Source of the DNA: Dehalococcoidia bacterium
GTDB taxonomy: Bacteria; Chloroflexota; Dehalococcoidia; SZUA-161; SpSt-899
Length of the DNA: 64,000 nucleotides
Assembly: GCA_048539495.1 (NCBI GenBank)
Contig: JBLYPS010000005.1
Location: 11,473-75,472 of the forward strand
Reading direction: 5' to 3'
Shown here: one piece after another, positions 57,917 through 64,000 of the stretch
Position numbering within the stretch: the first letter of the stretch is position 1
How the letters are laid out: every line of letters begins with the position of its first letter
The notes under the pieces: generated by a model
Databases searched by the model: none
The model's input: the letters and a program-made list of their open reading frames with translations, nothing else
Told to the model about the DNA's origin: nothing
Program-made: the position numbers and the translations under genes

Positions 57917-59662
57917 ATGAGACTGAAGGGAATAAAAGGGATCGATTTACTCGTCGCTGCGGCATTGTTGCTGATAGCATTAATGGGTGCAATAGCAGCA
58001 GCGGGTGGGGAAGAGAGACGTATTGATGTGGAGGACTTTAATTGGGATGCTCGCTATTGGTGGGAGGCGCCACCTTTAACCCCTTATGAGCGTCAACAGG
58101 TAAAGGAGATAATGGTCTTGATACTTGACCGTTACTTCGGAACTGATGTCTCTGCAATGAGCCCAGCAGAATTCGAGGAGTTGGGGGAGTCGCTAGGCCC
58201 CGAAAGAGAGAAGGAGGTGCTTCGCCTCTTTGAGCGTTACGCCGAGAAGAGGGGATTTGAAATCCCTCCAGGGCTATTTGAAATGCCTGTGGAGGTACCC
58301 GCTCCCGATGAGCTCATACCCCCTGCTGGGGCACGCTACTGGTGGGAACTGGTGGACCCTGAATATCGCGAGAATGCAATTGCCTTCGCCAAGAAGCACA
58401 TTCCAGAGATGCTTCGCTACTACTGGCAGCTCGCCACGGAGGAAGGGTTTGAAGTGCCGCCGGGCATGCCTCGTCCTGAAGAAGTCGATGTGATGAGATT
58501 GACACCGGAGGAGTATGCCCTTATTCTTAACCCACCTCTGCCTCCCCTCAGATTGCTGACGATAGAGGGGATAATAGAGGAGATGAAGGGAAGACCGTGG
58601 TTCGTTGCGGCATACGGAAGAATCCCGTCATACAATACCCAGACCGAGATACGAGAATGGCTCGACAGATTGCGTGAACTGAAAGACCTTATCGTGCCCC
58701 CCCCAGGGACACCATGGATACTACCACCGGCTACAGGCTTCATTGCGATTTCTAGTGACGGTTACCTTGACGTGGGGCTGAATAGGGACAAAATGGACAA
58801 ATTGAGAATCAATGAGGAGGCTCTGGCGCTTGCATTCGAAATTTATGCGCTGATATCTGAGAAGGCAGAGACGCTTGGCATGCAGGATGTTCCGGTCCTA
58901 TTTACCCTCACCAGAACTGGTGGCTTGGATGGTATTACAGCTCAACCCCATCAGGTGATAGATCCGGAGATAACCGCCGTGCAGCAAGCGGGCTACCGCG
59001 AAAGATATCGCCCCATAATTGGTGGGATTTTGATGACAATTGATGCATGGGGAGCGACAGTAGGCTTCGCAGTTCGAGATCCAATCCCGTGGTGGCCTGA
59101 TGATTTAGACTATGTCATCACCGGACACCTTGGTCCTCCCTTTGGCTCGCCAAGCCCTGTAAATACGCAGGTATACCAGCCAACAGTAGGACCCGGAAAC
59201 GAAGCCGGCAGGGTTGAAGATGTTGCAAGCATGAATGGCTTTGCGGATGTAGCCCGGGTGGCGATTCACAATTCGGATGTCGACCCATATATCCATGTAG
59301 GAGATGGCGCAAAGGTGCCGGTAAAGAGTTGGCGAGATCCACATATGCACGAGTGGGTCATAATGTCCGGGGTCGTAAGTGGCTACACTCAAGGGAGGGT
59401 ACTTCAGACAGGTGTTACATTACCTCAGGGCCACAACCCCGCCTTCGGCGCTCTCCGAAACCAGTTTATAGCAGCTTATGCACGCTCTGGAGGAGACAGT
59501 GGTGCCCCCATTTTCAGCTTCCTTGCGGGCTGGGAAGTAGAGATATTCGGAATCCATGTGGGTTCGATTGAACACCACGGTGTCATACGCCCCTACTTTT
59601 CACCAACATCGGGAGTAAGAGTTGAACTACCAGGATGGTATCCGTACACGAAATCCCCTTGA
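57917..59662 (+). CDS. Secreted S1 (chymotrypsin/alpha-lytic-like) protease paralog D, intact
   Basis: 581 aa: signal peptide, YWWE repeats, DVPVLF prodomain, TGHLG, FADVARV and GGDSGAP. Confidence 0.88.
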   Translation: MRLKGIKGIDLLVAAALLLIALMGAIAAAGGEERRIDVEDFNWDARYWWEAPPLTPYERQQVKEIMVLILDRYFGTDVSAMSPAEFEELGESLGPEREKEVLRLFERYAEKRGFEIPPGLFEMPVEVPAPDELIPPAGARYWWELVDPEYRENAIAFAKKHIPEMLRYYWQLATEEGFEVPPGMPRPEEVDVMRLTPEEYALILNPPLPPLRLLTIEGIIEEMKGRPWFVAAYGRIPSYNTQTEIREWLDRLRELKDLIVPPPGTPWILPPATGFIAISSDGYLDVGLNRDKMDKLRINEEALALAFEIYALISEKAETLGMQDVPVLFTLTRTGGLDGITAQPHQVIDPEITAVQQAGYRERYRPIIGGILMTIDAWGATVGFAVRDPIPWWPDDLDYVITGHLGPPFGSPSPVNTQVYQPTVGPGNEAGRVEDVASMNGFADVARVAIHNSDVDPYIHVGDGAKVPVKSWRDPHMHEWVIMSGVVSGYTQGRVLQTGVTLPQGHNPAFGALRNQFIAAYARSGGDSGAPIFSFLAGWEVEIFGIHVGSIEHHGVIRPYFSPTSGVRVELPGWYPYTKSP

Positions 59663-59719
59663 TGGGGTTGATGGGGAAACCTAAGGGGAATCTAAATCTA
59701 GGAGATAAATATTAGTGCC

Positions 59720-59798
59720 CCGCAAAAATCTTTGAATTTTTGCGGCGACCCCAGAGTCATTCTCCCCAAAAAGTCTTCGACTTTTTGGGGAGAACTAC
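59720..59798. repeat. Double hairpin between array genes (terminator- or REP-like); also at 61775-61853 and 63778-63856
   Basis: CCGCAAAAATCTTTGAATTTTTGCGG and TTCTCCCCAAAAAGTCTTCGACTTTTTGGGGAGAACTAC. Confidence 0.85.
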
Positions 59799-59830
59799 AT
59801 ACGTGTTGACGCAGAAAGCAAGCGCAAGTG

Positions 59831-59857
59831 GTGAGCAGAATCGTCTATCCCAGCGTC
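59831..59857 (+). promoter_or_regulatory. ECF-type promoter, class P2
   Basis: GTGAGCA-N16-CGTC upstream of paralog E. Confidence 0.6.
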
Positions 59858-60005
59858 TTATATATAGAGGCCAAAATTTAATGGCTGCGGCTGCCTCGCC
59901 CTTGATCGAAGGAGGTGATGGTTATGTGATAAGGAAACTATAACCGGGAGTTCGTCCATACTCGCAAAAAAGTGGGCAAAAAATAAGAAACGGAGGGTAA
60001 CAAGA

Positions 60006-61719
60006 ATGAAGCGGAAGGGAATAAGAACCATCGTCTTGCTTGGGGTTGTGGCATTGTTGCTGATAGCATTAATGGGTGCAATAGCAGCAGCGGGTGGGGA
60101 AGAGAGACGTATTGATGTGGAGGACTTTAATTGGGATGCTCGCTATTGGTGGGAGGCGCCACCTTTAACCCCTTATGAGCGTGAGCAGGTAAAGGAGATA
60201 ATGGTCTTCATATTTGACCGTTACTTCGGGATCGATGTCTCTACCATGAGCCCAGAGGAGTTCGAGGACTTGGGGAGGTCGATAGGCCCCGGAAGAGAGA
60301 AGGATGTACTTCTCCTCTTCGAGTATTACACCGAGAAGAGGGGATTTCAAATGCCTCCGGGGATATTCGAAATGCCTGTGGACATATCTGTTCTCGAGGA
60401 GTTCATGCCCCCTGCTGAGGTAAGCTACTGGTGGGAACTGGTAGACCCTGAATACCGTGAGGCAAGGATTGCCTTTTTCCAGGAAATATTCGGGGAAAGG
60501 TTTGAAAGGTATCCCGAAGAATTCCCATTCGCAGAAGTGAACGTGAGAAATATGACGCCGGAGGAGTTTGAACGTGCCCTTAGTCCGCCTCTGCCCCCTC
60601 TCAGATTGCTAACGATCGAGGAGATAAAGAGGGAAGGTCCGGCTATCATCGCGGTATACGGAAGACCCCGATCATACACTGCCCAGACCGAGATACGAGA
60701 ATGGCTCGATAGATTGCGTGAAGTGCAGGAACTCTTCATACAGCAAGTGTTTCCGGAGACGCCAGCACCTACGCGACTATTCCCCATAAACCAGATTGGT
60801 ATTCGCTACGGTTTCCTGGTCGTGGGACTGTGTAAGGAAGAATTAACAATCAATGAGGCTCTAGCTCTTGCATCCCACATTTATGCGCTGGTATCTGAGA
60901 AGGCAGATAGACTCGGTGTCCAGGATGTTCCGGTCGTATTTAGCCTCATCCGGAGGGCTGTGCTGGATATAGCTGAACCCCATCAGGTCGCACCTCCGCA
61001 GACAACACGCCCCCCATGGGTGCCCCCCGTGGGTCCAGCCTTCGTACTACCTAAGATTTCGTCCTATACCGGGTGCGGTTTTGATGGCGACACGTTATCT
61101 GCCGACGGGAGCTGCAACGACAGGCTTCGCGGTTATACGGCGAATCGCCTGGTGGCCTGATGATCTAGACTATGTCGTCACCGGACACCTTGGTCCTCGC
61201 CGTACGCGAACGCCTATAGGTATGCCGATATACCAGCCAAGGGTAGCCCCGGGAAACGAAGCCGGCACGGTTGAAGCTGTTGGAAGGATGCATGGATTTG
61301 CCGATGTAGCCCGGGTGGGGATTGCTAATCGCGATGTCGTCCCATATATCCATATAGGAGGTGGCTCCAGGATACCGGTAAGGAGTTGGCGAGATGCACA
61401 TTGGCCTGAGTGGGTCAGCAAGTCCGGGGCCGCAACTGGTGACACTCAAGGGAGGGTAGTTACCAGGCAACCTATTAAGGTATGGAACCCCGCCTTAGGC
61501 TCGCTCCAAAACCAGGTTTTAGCAGCTTACGCATCCGCTGGGGGAGATAGTGGCTCCCCCGTTTTCTTATTCGGTCCCACCGGGGGAGTATACGCAGTGA
61601 TAGTGGGAATCCACTGGGGTCGGGCACCTTGCCCGATAACAGGCATCGATAGGGCTACGTTTTCACCAATATCGGGGATAATGACCGAACTATCCGGATG
61701 GGAACCACACACGAAATAA
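60006..61719 (+). pseudogene. Secreted S1 protease paralog E, split by one extra base in the linker (~61005-61030, C6 runs)
   Basis: The prodomain frame drifts off; the +1 frame reads YYLRFRPIPG...TGHLG...FADVARV...GGDSGSP. Confidence 0.85.
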
Positions 61720-61904
61720 TTTGCTGCCGCCCCCAGTATGGAAAACCTCAGGGAATCCAGGGACATAATATGCCCCGCAAGAATCCAAAGATTTTTGCGG
61801 CGACCCCAGAGTCATTCTCCCCAAAAAGGCCTCGGCTTTTTGGGGAGAACTATAGAAACCCTAGTAGCGGGATTATATGCTGATGCAGGAAGCAAGCGCA
61901 AGTG

Positions 61905-61932
61905 ATGAGCAGAATTATCTGTTCCAGACGTC
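61905..61932 (+). promoter_or_regulatory. ECF-type promoter, class P2
   Basis: ATGAGCA-N17-CGTC upstream of paralog F. Confidence 0.6.
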
Positions 61933-62071
61933 TCATATATATAGAGGCCAACATACCAGTGCCCGCCTCGCCCTTGATCGAAGGAGGTGATGGTTATGTG
62001 ATAAGGAAACTATAACCGGGAGTTCGTCCATACTCGCAAAAAAGTGGGCAAAAAAAAGGAGGGTAACAAGA

Positions 62072-63721
62072 ATGAGGCTCAAGGGAATAAAAGGCATCGC
62101 CTTACTTATAGCTGCGGTATTGTTGCTGGTGATTCCAATGGCCGCAATACCAGCAGCGGCTGGAGAAGAGAGGCATGAGGAGTTCCGATGGGATGCTCGC
62201 TACTGGTGGGAAGCACTACCGCTTTCTCCCCATTATCAGCAGCAAGTGAGGGAGATAATGGTCTCGGTATTTGACCGTTACTTCGAGACTGATATCTCCG
62301 CTATGAGTCCACAGAAACTCGAGGAGTTGTGGAATGCGATAGATTGTGAAAGCCGAGAAAAGGTGCTGTGTCTCTCTGCACAATATGCCACAACGAAGGG
62401 GTTTCAAATACCCGGAATGCCTACTCCGAGGGAGGAGTTCATACCCCCTGCTGGTGCAACCTACTGGTGGGAGTTTGTGGACCCTGAACTGCGTGAGGGC
62501 GCAATTGTTGGGGCAAAGGAAGACATTCCAGAGGCGCTTCGCTCCGTCTGGGAGCTTACTGAGTGGAAGGGAGTTGAACTGCCCATACCTCGTCCTGAGA
62601 ACCTTGATGTGATGAGATTAACACCAGAGGAATATAATCTCATCCTTACCCCTTCATTCCCTCTTGGAAGGATAGGAGTTGAGGAGTGGATAAATAGATA
62701 TTTTCCGGGTGTTGATATCATTGCAACATTCGGGAGAACTCGCGCATATAGCAATCCAGCAAAATGGTTCGATAGATTGCGTGAAGTAACCGAGCTCACG
62801 TCTCCACTTTTCCTTCCCTTGATGAAAAGTAAATCTGGAATTTGGACGAAGGGGATTGACGCTTCCGGTTATATTAGTGTGTGGTTGGATTGCAGGAAGT
62901 TGACAAGGTGCGAGGCGGTGGCGATTGCTCCCAAGATTTATGCCATGATAGCTACAAAAGCAGAGATGGTTGGTGTTCAGGATGTTCCGGTCGTTATTGT
63001 CCTCAGGTGGATTGAAGTCCACCTAGCTGGATCGAAAGACCCGCGCGGCTACCTAGGGACACCCCTACCCCTTGACCAGAAATTCCGCCCCATACCCGGT
63101 GGAGCCCAAGTGAAGGGGAGATCATGGCACGCGACAGCGGGCTTCCCGGTTCAGAGGCCAATCGTGTTTTGGTGGGATGACAAAGACCTTACGACCACCG
63201 GACATCTTGGGGGCCCCCCTGTCCCTATAAACACGCGGGTGTACCAGCCAACGGAACTGGGGGGAAATAAAGTCGGCACGGTTGCCGGTGTTGCAAGCCG
63301 TGGAGGATTTGCAGATGTTGCGCGCGTAGCCACCCCCGATGGGAATGTCATCCCATACATTCGGGTAATGACCTTCTGGACATCCCCGGTAACAGGTTCG
63401 CGAGATCCAGCGCTGCATGAGTGGTCTGGCAAATTTGGGAGGACCACCGGTCGTACCTCCGGCCGCATACTTAGTGTGAATCGAGATACGTACAATCCTG
63501 CATTTGGCGTTCTCCAAGACCAAGTTTGGACAACTATTAGAGTAGAGCCCGGAGACAGTGGTTCTCCCCTTTTCATAAGCGCCGCCGGGGGTGGAGTGGC
63601 AGTAACAGGAATCGCCTGGGGTTTCTTATATTGCCCTCACATTGGCCGGATCGGCCTCTTTTCACCGGTATCGGGAGTAATGACTGAACTGCCAGGATGG
63701 AGACCATTCACGAGGAGATAG
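62072..63721 (+). CDS. Secreted S1 protease paralog F, intact
   Basis: 549 aa: signal peptide, YWWE repeats, DVPVVI, TGHLG, FADVARV and PGDSGSP. Confidence 0.88.
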   Translation: MRLKGIKGIALLIAAVLLLVIPMAAIPAAAGEERHEEFRWDARYWWEALPLSPHYQQQVREIMVSVFDRYFETDISAMSPQKLEELWNAIDCESREKVLCLSAQYATTKGFQIPGMPTPREEFIPPAGATYWWEFVDPELREGAIVGAKEDIPEALRSVWELTEWKGVELPIPRPENLDVMRLTPEEYNLILTPSFPLGRIGVEEWINRYFPGVDIIATFGRTRAYSNPAKWFDRLREVTELTSPLFLPLMKSKSGIWTKGIDASGYISVWLDCRKLTRCEAVAIAPKIYAMIATKAEMVGVQDVPVVIVLRWIEVHLAGSKDPRGYLGTPLPLDQKFRPIPGGAQVKGRSWHATAGFPVQRPIVFWWDDKDLTTTGHLGGPPVPINTRVYQPTELGGNKVGTVAGVASRGGFADVARVATPDGNVIPYIRVMTFWTSPVTGSRDPALHEWSGKFGRTTGRTSGRILSVNRDTYNPAFGVLQDQVWTTIRVEPGDSGSPLFISAAGGGVAVTGIAWGFLYCPHIGRIGLFSPVSGVMTELPGWRPFTRR

Positions 63722-63888
63722 CTTGCCGCTGTCCCTAATGGAGAAACCTCGGGGAGATCCAGCGACATGATAGTGCCCCGCAAAAATCTTTGAATTTTTG
63801 CGGCGACCCCAGAGTCATTCTCCCCAAAAAGTCTTCGACTTTTTGGGGAGAACTACATACGTGTTGACGCAGAAAGCAAGCGCAAGTG

Positions 63889-64000
63889 GTGAGCAGAATG
63901 CTCAGTTCATGCGTCTTATTATATAGAGGCCAAAAATTAATGGCTGCCTCGCCCTTGATCGAAGGAGGTGATGGTTATGTGATAAGGAAACTATAACCGG
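63889..64000 (+). promoter_or_regulatory. P2 promoter and conserved leader of a probable seventh array gene beyond the window
   Basis: GTGAGCA-N16-CGTC, then GCCTCGCCCTTGATCGAAGGAGGTGATGGTTATGTGATAAGGAAACTATAACCGG, identical to the leaders of E and F. Confidence 0.7.

Noticed and set aside
471-63576. Many antisense or out-of-frame ORFs in the track (e.g. 1027-1611, 2799-3527, 12253-12837, 21645-22643, 27752-28324, 29066-29740)
   Set aside because: They lie opposite or within well-supported genes, have no recognisable motifs, and are expected shadows at this GC content.
48733-63721. Diversity-generating retroelement acting on the protease array
   Set aside because: No reverse transcriptase or template/variable repeat pair in the window, and the differences are not adenine-specific by eye.

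Overview
A 64-kb bacterial window. Gene content (acVLRF1, core-MetE-like protein, dnaJ-hspR-clpC, DUF5667 anti-sigma, DUF5679, tRNA-linked serine recombinase) suggests Chloroflexota/Dehalococcoidia; this is inference, not a search result. Five blocks are visible. (1) 1-14.8 kb: a mixed housekeeping block with a TA-like pair, DUF35/thiolase, a MetE-like gene carrying in-frame palindromic heptamer insertions, a MITE-disrupted M48 peptidase, radical SAM, a degenerate ISL3, dinB, acVLRF1, GNAT and thrS-infC-rpmI-rplT; thrS has an in-frame TAA. (2) 14.9-27.4 kb: an accessory island between the rplT terminator and tRNA-Asp, with an IS5-like element, an integrase remnant, a coupled three-gene operon that may be a toxin/defence module, a SEC-C/TPR protein and a serine recombinase that reads into the tRNA. 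(3) 27.5-31.8 kb: dnaJ-hspR-clpC and a HIT protein. (4) 32-44.9 kb: a nickel-handling cluster with an archaeal-style HypA plus Mrp-type ATPase, CooT, a Fur-family regulator, three family-5 binding proteins, two methyltransferases and an ABC permease/ATPase set. (5) 47-64 kb, the most unusual part: three ECF sigma genes, two anti-sigmas and a tandem array of at least six secreted chymotrypsin-like (S1) protease paralogs with an unfamiliar repeated N-terminal YWWE domain. The array also holds a protease-less paralog with permuted domain order, two classes of ECF-like promoter, and a conserved leader made of a mini-ORF and a hairpin. Only two of the six copies are intact; three carry single extra bases near the prodomain/protease junction and one is truncated. 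Several frameshifts in the window fall in homopolymers, so consensus-sequence error cannot be excluded without reads.
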